A stretch of DNA of 63,773 nucleotides, the filler included, from Octopus bimaculoides (lineage: Eukaryota): the NCBI RefSeq assembly GCF_001194135.2. It is 5 parts of 5 records of this genome, joined end to end, with 100 filler letters (N's around TTAATTAATTAA, not from the genome) between each part and the next. Parts side by side here need not be neighbours in the genome. Positions count along the whole stretch, not along the records: positions 20,855 to 50,368 come from NC_068981.1; 4 more parts are not named here. One strand, 5' to 3'. Below are positions 24,592 through 37,531 of the stretch, piece by piece; position 1 is the first letter of the stretch; every line of letters starts with the position of its first letter. The position numbers and the translations under genes were made by a program. Below the pieces are notes generated by a model, which was not told the DNA's origin, did not search any database, and saw only the letters and a list, made by a program, of their open reading frames with translations.

Positions 24592-24891
24592 TTAAGGACA
24601 TGTCCTAACACATTTTTGCTATTATCTCCCAATTGCTCTCTTTTATCTTAGTCTTTCTTTTCCAACTGGGGTATCCTTAGTGTTATGAAAATGGGTCTTG
24701 ACTTGGGTCCAAGATAATGAAATTATAGTTCATAAAATTGCAAGTTTTGTGTCAAGCCACACTGTTATTATTAAATTAACTAAAGCATCTTATTTCTAAC
24801 ACAACCATGCCTACATTTCCTATGACGATGGTAAATCACGAAAATTAGTTGCTCTAAATAACTAATGAAAGTTTTTTTTTTTTATGCTCAG

Positions 24892-24992
24892 GTGAGTCTA
24901 ATGAGATCGGTACATTTATGATACTCGATCATCGAGAGGATCAAACTCCTTTCTTCATAGTTTTGAAAGATGGTCTTGAAATGGTGAAATGT
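24892..24992 (+). CDS. TPT1: TCTP last sense-coding exon
   Basis: T-tract CTCAG|...|GTAAGT, 101 nt, phase-compatible with the previous exon; GESNEIGTFMILDHREDQTPFFIVLKDGLEMVKC matches the TCTP C-terminus (GE.M..DG...LLDYREDG.TP...FFKDGLE.EKC). Confidence 0.93.
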
Positions 24993-25722
24993 GTAAGTAT
25001 AACTTTTTTCAAAATCGCAACCTAACAAATCTACTTGTTCTTATTTATTCATCCAGAATTTTGATAATGAATATAGTCTCCATTAAAATATATGGGACAC
25101 CAGTACAAATAATAGTAATTTGCCCCTTAAAATACCTGGAAAATAATACTAGAACTAATACTAGCTATCTTTGATTCTTATGTTTAAAGCACCTTCCATT
25201 CCTAATCAAATCCTTTGTGGTTTTAAGTGAATTAAAGATTTGCCTTAATACTTTTTAGTATTTTGCAAGAGCATCCAACTGTAGAAAATCTGCCCCAATG
25301 AATCTCATGCAAGTATGGAAAAGAAGATATAAAATTCATTGTAAATCAAAGGCTAGCAGCAAAGAATGGTTTTACTTCCCCTCTCTGGTTTTTGTTGACC
25401 TCTTGACTTGGAAATTTGATACACACACACACACACACTTTCATGGGGATGGGGGCATATCAATCTTAACTTAAAAAATACACACATACAGCGAAAGTCA
25501 AGTACTGCAAGTTTTGGTCATTTTATGTTTTCATTTGCAAGAACAAGCATGTGCACTAAATAAAACCAGAGGTGAATAGTAAGCATTGGTAAACTTAATT
25601 ATCACTAATAGTAAGATCTTATCACCAAGATATTAAAAAACATTTTTATATTTTATGGTGATGTGACTTTTTTTTTTGTTTTACAGCATATTCTTTACAT
25701 ATCTTTATTGCTCTTTTTCCAG

Positions 25723-25725
25723 TGA
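25723..25725 (+). CDS. TPT1: TCTP terminal exon starting with the stop codon (TGA); 3'UTR to AATAAA at 25881-25886
   Basis: CTCTTTTTCCAG|TGA. Vertebrate TPT1 also has an intron immediately before the stop codon. An alternative acceptor at 25686 would add HILYISLLLFFQ. Confidence 0.7.
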   Translation, partial: 

Positions 25726-26129
25726 GGTGTCGATTGGCCACATGGAAATATATTATCGATGTGAAAAGGAAAATTTCAACCAACTTGTATGCTAATCATA
25801 GCTGTTGTCATTAGCATTCTTTTAAAAAGAATCTTCTGAAGAGACAGACATGCATATCCTCTACAGTGACTGATATTGGTAATAAAATGAAATTTTAATC
25901 AAGGTTTTTTTTTTTCAAGTTTTCTTAGTTGTTAGCATTACAACCATTTATAAAGAAAACGAAGCATTTTAGTGGAGTGGTCACCTTTTTAATAATTTTG
26001 AAAAGAAACATTTGTTTCATTAGAAATGCATGTCATATTTACAGTTTATTTTAAAAAAAAGTAAAAGGTTCTTATATTGAATTATATATTTGTATGGTTT
26101 ATTAGAGAAGAAAAGGAATTGTAAAGACA

Positions 26130-26207
26130 TCATGATGATAATCCAAGCAGAAAACCACCAGCAAAACCTGATGCCAGGAAAACATTCTGTGCGAAAAATG
26201 TTTTGAT
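26130..26207 (-). CDS. FUNDC1: FUN14-domain protein (FUNDC1/2-like), last coding exon
   Basis: ATTTTCAG|IKTFFAQNVFLASGFAGGFLLGLSS*; AATAAA on the minus strand at 26045-26050. Confidence 0.95.
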   Translation of the reverse strand: MKTFFAQNVFLASGFAGGFLLGLSS

Positions 26208-27231
26208 CTGAAAATATATGGAGAATGAAAAACACTTAAAACTTAGCATTTAAATTCTGAAGCGAGAAATCACAGAATCAATGAAATTCAGATAACAAAG
26301 CAATAGGAATGTCATCCTTTAGTGTGATTTCAAAGGAAATTTAGCCAGGTGAAATGGATTTGTTGTGGAAAGGACATCTGTTTACTATTTAAATTGTTAT
26401 TCTCTTGTATGCAGTGATTTAATTAAAAAGAATTTTAGGCACAGGCCCAGCCATATGGTTTCAATGTCACTCCATGGCACATGGGGCAAGTGTCTTCAGC
26501 TACAATCTGGAAGACAAACTGAAAACAAACTTAATTCCATGTTATGTTTCAGTACAGGATAGGTGTTACAAAGGTATAACATGTAAAAAGAAGGAAATGT
26601 ATAGAATCTCTTGGGAATTCTTCAAAAATTATTGATTGGGAGATTCTACATTTGTAACTCCTTTTAAAATGTATCGGGTTTTTCCACTCTTTTGTTTTGG
26701 TATGTTAGACTTGTAGACTCATAATGAGTGAGGGTTGGTGAAAGGTAGGATGTCCATATTACAGAAAAACTGCCTTAAAGTTAGTCCAACCCATGCAAGC
26801 ATGGCAAATTGGAATTGCATAATTCAGTTTCTAGAGCAAATGCACTGCACAAGTGGAAGGACTGCAGGGCATATCTTGTCCAAATATTCTTCCTCTTCTG
26901 TTCAAACTAGCCTACAATGTCATTCTTAAAGTCAAGTCAGATCATTGAGACTTCAAAGCTACAAGACAATGCATGTATAATTCTGTAGAATGAAGTGGTG
27001 AGAAAGGTTCTTAGGATGCTGGGCCTTATGAGGAAATGACAATGGACAGAGATGTGATTTGCTGTTTCGGCTGGCATCCAGTCATAGAAACCATGCCATA
27101 GCAACTAGCTGGAATCTGGACATGTCAAACCATCCAACCCATGCCAGTAATGATGTAAATAATAATAAGCATTACATTTGATTGAGTAAAAATCTGAATT
27201 CTAAAGAGTTAAAGATATAAATTATTCTTAC

Positions 27232-27351
27232 TGAAGCTGCAACATGGGGATAGGCTTTCTTGGTGTCTCTTTCAATAGAAACCTTGGCCGTTTGCATGCT
27301 CTTTTCAATTTTGGTCCAGTTTACTGTAACATAACCTTGATGCTGGGCTAT
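27232..27351 (-). CDS. FUNDC1: FUNDC1-like coding exon 3
   Basis: TTTTATAG|IAQHQGYVTVNWTKIEKSMQTAKVSIERDTKKAYPHVAAS|GTAAGA, 120 nt, phase 0/0. Confidence 0.95.
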
Positions 27352-27689
27352 CTATAAAATAACAAATTTATTAAAACATTATGGTCTCAATTTAAATATT
27401 GGGTTGTTGGGGCCTGACAAATTGTCTGATTGATACATAAAAATGTGTATTTGGTTGTTTCCATTAGAAGAAACTAAGATAACACCTAAGTGTTTTTGCA
27501 AGAACATTGCTAATTTCTAAGCCATCAACCTTATTAATGCAGTAAATTCACATAATTGGTAGTGGGGTGCATTAACCCTTTTGCTAACAACAACCAGCCC
27601 TAGTAATGTTGAGCTTATTTCTAGACCTAATACTTATAAATTGACTTATTTTCCACGTATGTTTTTGTGGCCCCAAGTTCACTATCAAT

Positions 27690-28153
27690 GGATCTTTTTT
27701 AAAACGGGGGCCACATTTTTCATTAACGAAAAACTTGGAACACTGGTAGAATGTGTCATATAAAACATCCCTAAGTTATTCCATGTTAAAGTTGTCGTAT
27801 TTCTGTAATTTCAACCCATCACTGACATCCATTCAGCAGATATACATTAAGTGCCGACTACATAAACAAACAATTCTATCGGTGATAGGGTTAGGGTAAA
27901 AAAGCAAATAAAACGAAGCTATGGCTTAATCAGCCAAAGGAGTAAATGTAAACAACTGAATACGTGTCAGTGATTGGTTGAAATTATCGAAATAAGTCAA
28001 TTTTTTTACATGAAATAAATTCGAATACAAAAATATTTTTCTGTTCTATAACACAAAATAGATAAGTATACGAAGTTTGAAAGTCTTTCGGTACCAAAAA
28101 CACTACATAAAAAACATTAATGAAAAATGTGGCTCCCGTTTTAAAAAAGATCC
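27690..28153. mobile_element. Non-autonomous DNA transposon (MITE) with 8-bp TSD, Merlin-like ends
   Basis: TSD CTATCAAT at 27682-89 and 28154-61; about 38-bp TIR GGATCTTTTTTAAAACGGG.GCCACATTTTTCATTAA; second internal inverted pair near 27806-27836 and 27956-27985. Confidence 0.85.
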
Positions 28154-28199
28154 CTATCAATATATCTCCCTACGTTGATTACACTCATGCAGAAGGTAA

Positions 28200-28850
28200 G
28201 TAGAGAGGGTGATGGTGTGGACAGCAGAATGAGCAGTTTTACATATCAGAAATGAAGCATTGCTGGAGTTATCACAAAGATGTGAATTGGTGAGTCAAAG
28301 CAGAGGGGTGTACAGGTTTGAGGAAAATATAAGAGGATGTAATCACTCCCACTTGCATCTATCATACGATCAACTGCAGTGACGGTTGGCGATACAGTAT
28401 ATAAGACAGACTGAAAGAAATGAACTTAAAATGGTTAGGTACATTGACCATAAACTTGGGGCTAGTTAAAAGTGTGAAATTTTCAAGTGGGGTCTAACTA
28501 GTGACATAAACTAAAGAAGTCATGTAAGTTCTTATCTTTGAAAGGCAAAAAATTGAAGTTGCAGAGAATAGTGTGGTCACGTGACAGAAAATGAAGAGAA
28601 TCTGTTGCAAGAAATCAGTGGTCTAGTCAAAAACCAGGGCTTGGTAGCAGGCTGCATCAATGAGGCTAGAGTTAACCTCATTTGTTGTGACCTGGTATTG
28701 AAGTTAAATTCTACAATGGCAGCTTTATTATGTATAGGATGCAAAGAAAGTCATGATAGGAGAGTCATGAGATGGACATTGTTAAAGGAGATGACTGAAA
28801 AGAGCTGCTTGCTCTAGTGATTGAGTTGAGTCACTGACAGTTTCATAAAA
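28200..28850 (+). mobile_element. Highly degenerate LINE remnant (probably RTE endonuclease region)
   Basis: Fragmentary motifs only; no intact frame. Confidence 0.4.
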
Positions 28851-29599
28851 TGTATGACTTAGAAATTAGGTAAGTGAAGGTGGCCTACGAACAAGTTGAT
28901 ATAACTATAGCTCATTCTAGTGGCCATAGCCACATTAATATCTAATAGAAATCAGTGGAGGAAGAAAATCAGTTTGATATGAGAATTAATTTTTAAAGAA
29001 CACAAGGCTGATAAACCATTGTCATGGAGGAAATACAAGCAATCCTTATATTTTTAAAATTTACAAGCAAAATTTTCACTTTGAACTGCTAACACAATTT
29101 GTTTCCTTTTAAAAATGTTTAAGAAATAGATCTGGTAACTCTAGTCAAGAGCTAGCTGAGAAGTTGTTAACACTTTGATGTTGAAAAGAAATCTAAAACT
29201 GAAATGTAACTACAATTAAAACTTTAATTTTTGTTTCTACTACTCTCAATTTTATATAACCCCTTAGCAATTAAATTGGCCAGATCCAGCCTCTCACACT
29301 TACAATACAAAATTATTTTAAAAAACAATACATCACTAAAATCTGAAAGCTAATTTTTATCAATGTGAATAAATAAGCATTACATTTGACAGAAACCTGA
29401 ATGCTAAAGAGTCAAAGTTTATAAAATTTGTGTTGCTGGTTGAAATTAGTACAAAAGAAAATGAGCACTCAGCACAGACCTACCAAAGCAACACCAACGT
29501 CCTCTCAACAATTAGATGGAGATGATTTTTTAAATGAGAATACTAAAAGTGAACCTGACCACTATCAAAAATTAAGCAAAAAAAAAAAAAAAATCCAGA

Positions 29600-29775
29600 A
29601 CCCTTGTCCAGTACCTGATTGACCTGCAAATCTAATTAGTTTGTGCCGGTCATGAGGCCAAACATCCCTGAAAGTTTCATCCGAATCCATCCAGCGGTTC
29701 TTGAGATATCTTGTCCATGGACAAACAAACATGACTGAAAACAATACCTCTGCTCTCGCTAAGGAGGAGATAGTA
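29600..29775 (+). mobile_element. Non-autonomous element end with terminal hairpin (Helitron/Helentron-like)
   Basis: AAGTTTCATCCGAATCCATCCAGCGGTTCTTGAGATATC...CAAACAAAC...CTCTGCTCTCGCTAAGGAGGAG degenerate hairpin. Confidence 0.45.
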
Positions 29776-30339
29776 AGAATAACTCTTTCTTGATAATAAA
29801 ATGAATATCATGTCAGTAAATATGAGAACACATCTTTAAATTTGCATATGTTCTTGCAAGCTGGGTTAGAACTGACAGTAACACGGATTTAAAACTAAAC
29901 AATGTTGTCACTCAACACACGCTTGCCTCTTCTATTGCTACTACAATGTTCTCTGTACTCTACAGCTGACTGATTTCATACCCTGGCCCACAAAATTCAC
30001 TTGTCTATCATCAATCATTGTGTCCCTATCCTAACCTACCAAATACTTATCACTTAACCCAATCCTTCTTTCTCAAAGATCAATCTGTTATACATGTTAG
30101 AACTATCCTAGAAGATGCTTCTGATAAAGAGGAGACAGAAACCTACAACAATGAGTTTTTAAGACACAACCTACAGGATGGTACCAGCTGATAACAGAAT
30201 AACACTAGATAAATGCATTATAATTAAAAGACAGGAAGTGGATAACAAGGAACTATATCAGTTGGATGAGAGAGAGAAAAGAAAAAGCAAGTTTACCAGT
30301 GTTCTGTGATGAGGATCAGAAGCATGTTCCAAAATGTTA

Positions 30340-31560
30340 AAGTAAATTAAGATGTTTGGGAAAAGTGTTTGAAATATTGAGATTCTGCTGAAAGTGGAAA
30401 ATGTATGGGAAGAACTATGCCCAAAAGAGTACCAATTATTGAAGTGAACAGTTATATGGATAAAATAGCCATTAAGGATATGAAGGCAGTGAGTCCATCA
30501 GGTATATTCAGAAATGCTGAAAATATCTGGTGAAGCAAGGCTTAAGCTAATCTCACAATTGCTACAAAGGCAAAGGAAATGCTTTTGAAAGTAACAACTA
30601 CAGAGGCTTTGAACAGAAAGACAATGTTATGAAAGTAACAGAAAAGTTATTAGCTAAGTGGTTAGGAAAACACTTCAGATTTGTGTCAAGTCAGGGTACT
30701 ACGTGTTTTCCTCACAGTAGAAATCAAAGAGAAATGTTTCAGCAAAGACTAAGCCTGCATATTCAGTACCTGTTGCTCTGGAGAAAGCTCTTAACAAGAT
30801 TTGATGGTCTCCAACACACTTACGTGTAGATGAATGACATGTGAAAGTGGTAAACAGAGATGCGGTCAGCAAACTGAGCATTAGTAATGAGTTCAGTGAG
30901 GAATTTATCATGCAGATAGATATTCATCTCAGCTTGATTCTCATCTCCCAATCCAATTAAAATTTTCCAAGTGTTATCACAGAGGGATTTAAAACTGGCT
31001 GTCTATGGGAACTATTTGTTGATGAGCTTAGTCCTTATAGTAAAATCTGTAGAAGACTTTGAGAAGAAATATCAGATGTGGAAACAAAACCTATAAAAGA
31101 TGAGACCAAGAATAAACTTGAAAAAGATTTTAATAAGTAGGAAAAAAAAAGGACAATTCTGCTGCCATCAAGGAAATGACATTGTTCAACATGCAGAGTG
31201 AGTGGAAATTCTATACAATGAACTCAGACTGGTCTATGAGTGTGCTGACAGTGGATGAAGATTTTGAGGTAGATTTAAGGGAGTAAGCAGTCGGAGTACT
31301 GGTAATTCTTTGTAATGCTCTGAAGACTATAAAAGTAGCTGGCAGTATCTGTTACCTAGGCAGCTACTCAGCAGTTCTAAAGCATAGTAATAAGAATAGG
31401 ATGGAAAAGTTTAGGGGACTATTACCTTGGCTGGCAATATGGAGATGATAAAGGGATAAAAAGGTACCAAGAGATCCAAGAGGAAGGAAACCTTAGGAGA
31501 GAAAGTTTAAAGGAGGAAGTAGTGAAAGTTGATTTCAGGATGCTGGACATCACAAATGAG
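30340..31560 (+). mobile_element. Degenerate RTE LINE (RT region)
   Basis: VMKVTEK..., LEKA..., FKTGCLWEL.. remnants colinear with the RTE copies at 33140-34475 and 42366-43446. Confidence 0.75.
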
Positions 31561-32226
31561 ATGACAAAGAAATGCAGCAAATGTCAAGATGTTGTGGACT
31601 CAACAATAAAGACTAGGTCATTAACAACAAAGACAATCTCGTTTTTCAACAGGGGTAATATTCCCCTAAACTTTTCCACCCTATTATGACTACTATGCTT
31701 TCAGAACACCCTCCTCCACTGCTAATTAAGTCACCTACGGAGAAAAAGCTATCAACTACTTCTTCAGAGCAATGCTCTGACAGTGAATCTGTCACAAAGT
31801 TTTTATTCACTGTCAGCCTGCCTTTGGTTCCACTAAACCTGTTGCCCATCCCAAGCAAGCACGGAAGAGCAGACAAAAATAATGATGATCGAGCAATAAT
31901 TTCTTTTATAGGCAACAGGTCTCAAAGTTTGGTGGGAATGAACAGAAAATTATATAGCCCTAAGTACATAACTGGTACCTCATTTTATTGATTTTGGAAA
32001 GATGACAGGTAAAGTTGCTTAAGTGGGAGTTGATCCTAAAGCACCAAAACATTTACCTGAAGTTTCAATACTCCAACGATTCTCCCTAATTTAAGGAAGG
32101 GTTATTTGATTAAATCAACACCAGTACTTGACTGGTAATATATTTTTTGACCCACAGGTGGATGTACAGCAAAGGTGGACTTGATGAACAACATAAAAGG
32201 AAGTAAAAAAGGAAATTTGATATTAC

Positions 32227-32302
32227 CTGTAAGAGTAAAAGACTTGTTCCAACAGTTGCTGCAGCAACTTTTCCTACTTTTGCAAAAAGCATTCCTGCAC
32301 AC
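32227..32302 (-). CDS. FUNDC1: FUNDC1-like coding exon 2 (transmembrane region)
   Basis: CATAATAG|(W)CAGMLFAKVGKVAAATVGTSLLLLQ|GTAATA, 76 nt, phase 2/0; compare human [26 protein letters not shown]. Confidence 0.96.
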
Positions 32303-32696
32303 CTATTATGTATAAAAGAAAAGAATAACATCTTCATATAGTAAATTAAATATTTGCACTGCTTTACAATACTGTATCTAACCACAGTGTCTTAGTCATC
32401 TATTTTACTACTTTCCTGAAATACAATACACCAATATTATACACACTTCTGTTTTGCTTCAACCTACATTATCATTATTTCTACCATGCTAATATGCAAA
32501 AGGGAAAATTTGAGCCAATGAGGAAATCTCTTCGTGGTCACTTGTTATGCTGAAAATAGCAGCCAAATTTCTCTTAAATTGTACCGTTGAAAGAGAAAGC
32601 ACATTTGAACAATGTGGCGAGTGGCTGTGTGTAGCTTGCTTACCAACCAAAGCCTTATGAGTGGATTTGGTAGACGGAAACTAAAAGAAGCCTGTC

Positions 32697-32751
<55 letters not shown>

Positions 32752-33139
32752 CATATGTTTGTGTGTGTGTTTGTCTCTCTACCATTGCTTGACAACTGAT
32801 GCTGGTGTGTTTGTGTCCCCGTAACATAGCAGTTCGGCAAAAAGAAACCGATAGAATATGTACTAGGCTTACAAAGTATAAATCCTGGGGTCGATTTGTT
32901 TGACTAAAGGCGGTGCTCCAGCATGGCCACAGTCAAATGACTGAAGCAAGTAAAAGAATAATAAGCAACGAACAAGGAAAACAATTCTTTCAAGATGTTT
33001 ATGCCTTAGAAACACATACCAAACACACCAAAAGCATGATGGATATTATATGACGACAACCCAGACCAAATTTATAATCAAAAGTTATAATCACAATACA
33101 CTTTAGAAATTAATAGAATATACATTGTGTAGCTAATTC

Positions 33140-34475
33140 AATCATCATCATCATTGTTTAACGTCTGCTTTCCATGCTAGAATGGGTTGGACGATTTGAC
33201 TGAGGACTGGCAAGCCAGAAGGCTGCACCAGGCTCCAATCTGATCTGGCAGAGTTTCAACAGCTGGATGCCTTTCCTAATGCTAACCACTCCGAGAGTGT
33301 AGTGGGTGCTTTTACGTGCCACCAGCACAAGGGCCAGTCACGCGGTACTGGCAACGATCACACTCAAAATGGTGTTTTATATATGCCACCTGCACGGGAG
33401 CCAGTCCAGCGGCACTGGCAACAACCTCGTTCAAATGATTTTCTAACGCGCCACCAGCACAAGTGGTACAAGGCGATGCTGGTAAGGATCACGCTCAAAT
33501 GGTGTTATTTACGAGCCACTAGCATGGAAGCCAGACAGCTGCTCTGGCAATGAACACGCTTGAACACTGCTGTTAGTGCTCCACTGGCGCAGGTGCCAGT
33601 CACCGAATATGGTTCAATTACGATTTCGATTTCACTTGCTCCAACAGGTCTTCGCAAGCAGAGTTTAGTATCCAATGAAGTAAAGATATGAATAAGTGAG
33701 CTGGCTACACTTCTGGCAGAGGCCACAGATTATGCTCTCACTTGGCTTGCCGAGTCTTCTCACGTACTGCATATTTCCAAAGGTCCCGCTCACTAGTCAT
33801 TGCCTCCGTGAGGCCTAAAGTTTGAAGGTCGTGCTTCACTACCTCATCCCAGGTCTTCCCGGGTCTACCTCTTCCACAGGTTCCCTCAACTGCTAGGGTG
33901 TGGTACTTTTCACACAGCTATCCTCATCCATTCTTGCCACATGTCCATACCAGCACAATCGTCTCTCTTGCACACCACAACTGATACTTCTTTGGTCTAA
34001 CTATTCTTATTCTAGCAGCTACATTTTCAGCGTACCTTCCCCCTTTACAAACTTGGTCACCTAGGTAGCGGAAGCTATCAACTATTTCTGGTTTTTCTCC
34101 CTGAAGTGTGGCAAAGGTTGTTTTCTGCACATTTTCAGTGTTTATTGCTCCTAAGCATCTGCCACATACAAAAACTATCTTGCTAGTTAGCCTTCCTTTG
34201 ATATTGCTGTACCTCTTATGTGTCCATAGCTTACACTAGGTACATCTTATGGAGTTTCTACCTTCGCCTTTTCTACAGGTCCTTCGATTCTAATCCTTGC
34301 TTCCACACCTGAAATTTCTCCTCTAGTTCTGATAGTGACTCAGCAATTAGAGCAAGGTCATCAGCATAGAGGAGCTCCCAGGGGCAACCTGTCTTGAATT
34401 CCTGTGTTATTGCCTGGAGGACTATGATAAATAGGAGAGGGCTGAGCACTGAACCTTAATGGACCCCTACCTCTA
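33140..34475 (-). mobile_element. 5'-truncated RTE LINE with complete 3' tail
   Basis: GSVLSPLLFIIVLQAITQEFKTGCPWELLYADDLALIAES (YADD), SFRYLGDQV, GRPGKTWDEVVKHDL, then a repeated 3'UTR and (GAT)n tail. Confidence 0.92.
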
Positions 34476-36316
34476 CCCGGAATTCTTCACTGTATGTAAG
34501 AAGTATAGCAGAAATGATTTGTAACTGTACTGCCAGAGTTCTGCAACTTAATAGCAGACGTGTCCAATTTAAGAAAAGTGAAGATAAAAGCTAAGTGGAG
34601 AAGTATGGAATAAGTCGTTATATGTTTATAGAAAAAATAGACACGGACCTTTTTAGAGAACAAAATGTAGCTGAGAGCTATTGTAGTGGACGTCTGTCTA
34701 ATCAAAGAGCAGAAATTGAAAGAAGATATATGAAATGGACGTGTGTGTATGTGTGTGTGTTTTTGCGGATAATTTGGCAGGAATTTTGCAGTCAGCATGA
34801 GGTGGTTTGTGTTTGTCTCTTGAGTCGAATTGTTGTGAATTTGTCAGTAATAGCAACGCCCGGAGAAGTGAAAATATTTTTTTTTTAATATGTGGTTGGG
34901 GAAAAAAGGAGATTTTTTGAAGTCGGCGTGAAAGCAAAAGAGACAGAGAGAGAGTGCGGTTGTATGAGTGAAGTTCTTTTAAAGTTGGCGTGAGACGGAA
35001 GAATTAATGTGCTTGTGTCTGTTTGATAGGATGTGCGAGACAGAATGTGTGGTGTGTATATGAATTGCTTTTGTGTGTGTGTGAAGAGACAGAGAGGGTA
35101 ATGTTGATGGTGTGTGTGTATATGAGAAAGAGAGAGAGAGTGAAAGAAAGAGAAGGAGAGAGATAACTGAAATTTTTCATTCAGCTTTTGTAGTGAGTGA
35201 TTGACAGAAAGAGAGAGAGTGGTTATGTATGTATGAATGGCCTCAGTGACACAAACTCACACGCAAGTTGTTTTAATCGATTTTCTCGGTAACTATAGGG
35301 GCCAGGAAAAAAATACAAACCGCATTCCAATCTATGCACCGTAATTCCTACAACTGCGATACACGTTGTATACCACCACAATGTTACCATTTGAGAAATC
35401 ACTCGGATAAAGAATGCAGGCCAGAAAGAATTGGCCATACTTTTCTCAATGGATTGTGTTCATTTCTCTTTTTGTCTTCTGCAATTTTATTTTTGGATCT
35501 TCTCTATATATGAAGAATTATCTTCTGTCTTGCTGTTTTACTCTCTACAAAACAGAAAGCTGCATTGTGGAACAGTCATTTTAACAACTTTTTTTTTAAT
35601 TTCTTTATCACCGGATGAGATATGTCTGCACCACTGGATACTCTTGAACCAGTTTTTGTGTGTCCCACAAGAGGAGTCGATGCTAGATGTGTCAAAACTA
35701 NNNNNNNNNNNNNNNNNNTATATATATATATGATATATATATATGCACACACACACACGTCACATGGTTTGTGGTTCAGTCCCATTGCACAGCAAAAAGC
35801 CCACCACATATACATAGGTGGGGTGGGTTATGTGTCTCTCTGTTTTGACATTGCATGATAGTTATAAATGAATGTCACTGTCATACAAGCAGTATCATTC
35901 ATTTCCAATATTCTGTGAAAACATGTTTGGCCTTGAAGAAACATCATCTAGCTTGGAAACAGGAAGGCATCAGGCCATGCAAAAACTGCCTCAGAGACAA
36001 GTTTTCTTTAGCATTTGTTGTGGTCTCTAGGCCATGCCAGTTCCTAGGGTAGGCTGTACTGATCTGATCACACTGTTTTTGAAGCGTCTTAACATCAAGA
36101 AGGCATCAGGCTGTACAAAAAGTGCTTGAATAAACTCTGTCCAATTTGTACAAGCATGGAAAAGTGGATGCTAAAACAATGATGTAAGGCAGCCAACTGA
36201 CAGTAATGTAATAGTATCTGGTAGATTGCTTTAAGGTGATGAAAGGTTAAAGTATGAAGGAAGAGACTGGAACAGATTTCTTGCTATAGAAGAAATACGT
36301 GGGTGTTAGCATTATA

Positions 36317-37531
36317 TTGGGTTGGCAACTAAGTTCCTGCTGTTTTTTTAAATTTTGGAATCTATTTTTTTCAAGAATTCTATTTTTGAATCATTTTGGA
36401 AACCATTTTGTTTTTTTTTCTAGTTACTGTTAGTTAATTTTTGTTGATTTTCAGATCATTAAAATGGAATGTCAAGTTAAGAAAAACGAACATTTTCGAC
36501 ACCACCTTCTTTTTGCTTTTAATCAAGGCTCTAATCTCGCAAAAGCTGCTCGCGACATTTGTGCTGTGTATGGAGAGGGTGCTATAGCTGAAAGAACCAC
36601 TCGTGATTGGTATGCCAAGTGCAAAAATGGAAATTTTGATCTCAAAGATGCACCTCATTCTGGCCGTCCAGTTGAGTTCGATGAAGAGCGATTAAACCAA
36701 CTTTTGCATGAAAATTCTCGTCAAACGACAAGGGAACTAGCAGAGAAAATGGAATGCTCCCACACTGCTATAGAGAAGCATCTTCACTCGATGGGAAAGG
36801 TTCAGAAGTATGGAGCATGGGTTCCACATGCTTTAAGTGACAACAAAAATCAACGAGCCACAATCTCCGCTAGTTTGCTTGCTCATCATCGCTCAACTCA
36901 TGGATACAAGCAACGATTTCTTTACCGCATCGTTACTGGCGATGAAAAATGGTGTTTGTACATCGATATGAAGCAGCGTAAGGAATGGCTTAGCCTCGGT
37001 AAACAAGTGACACCGCGCATGAAACAAGATCTTCATCTGCATAAAACGATGTGCGTATGGTGGGACTGGGAAGGGATTATCCATTACGAATTGCTTGAAT
37101 GGAACCAAATAGTCAACATGGAACTCTATTCAAGAGAAAAGACCTAATTGGCAGCATGGAGTTCTGCTGCACGAGAACGCCGCCCTCATATCGCCAATAT
37201 GACCAAGGAAGCCATTTAAACACATGGCTGAGAAGTGCTGCCACACCCGCCGTACTCTCCTGGTTTGGCACCAACAGATTTCCACCTCTTTTGAAATCTT
37301 TCAAATGCTATGTCGTAGTTTGTTCAATCTGAGGCAAAAATGAGAGGTTGGTTGGATCAATTTTTTGAGTCAAAATCAGGTGATTTCTACCAATGCAGTA
37401 TTGAAAATCTTGTCGAACGTTGTAAACAACAAGAGCGAATACATTATTGATTGATTAATTATTATTTTTTATTAAACCTTTTAAAAAATTTTAATTTAAA
37501 AAAAACGGTGGGAACTTAGTTGCCAACCCAA
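36317..37531 (+). mobile_element. mariner (DD34D-type) transposon, full length, inactivated
   Basis: TA TSDs; TIR TTGGGTTGGCAACTAAGTTCC / GGAACTTAGTTGCCAACCCAA; about 1.2 kb. Confidence 0.96.
36464..37435 (+). pseudogene. mariner transposase pseudogene
   Basis: 227-aa open portion with HTH, WVPHAL and RIVTGDEKW; frameshifts after about 37130; second Asp reads HENA; YSPGLAPTDFHLF motif downstream. Confidence 0.93.

Noticed and set aside
25500-25635. Two-hairpin H/ACA-like fold in the last TCTP intron (AAATAA hinge; GGTGA/TCACC stem)
   Set aside because: The terminal box is AUA rather than ACA, the first hairpin is weak, and such folds arise by chance in AT-rich DNA. It would need an Infernal/Rfam hit.
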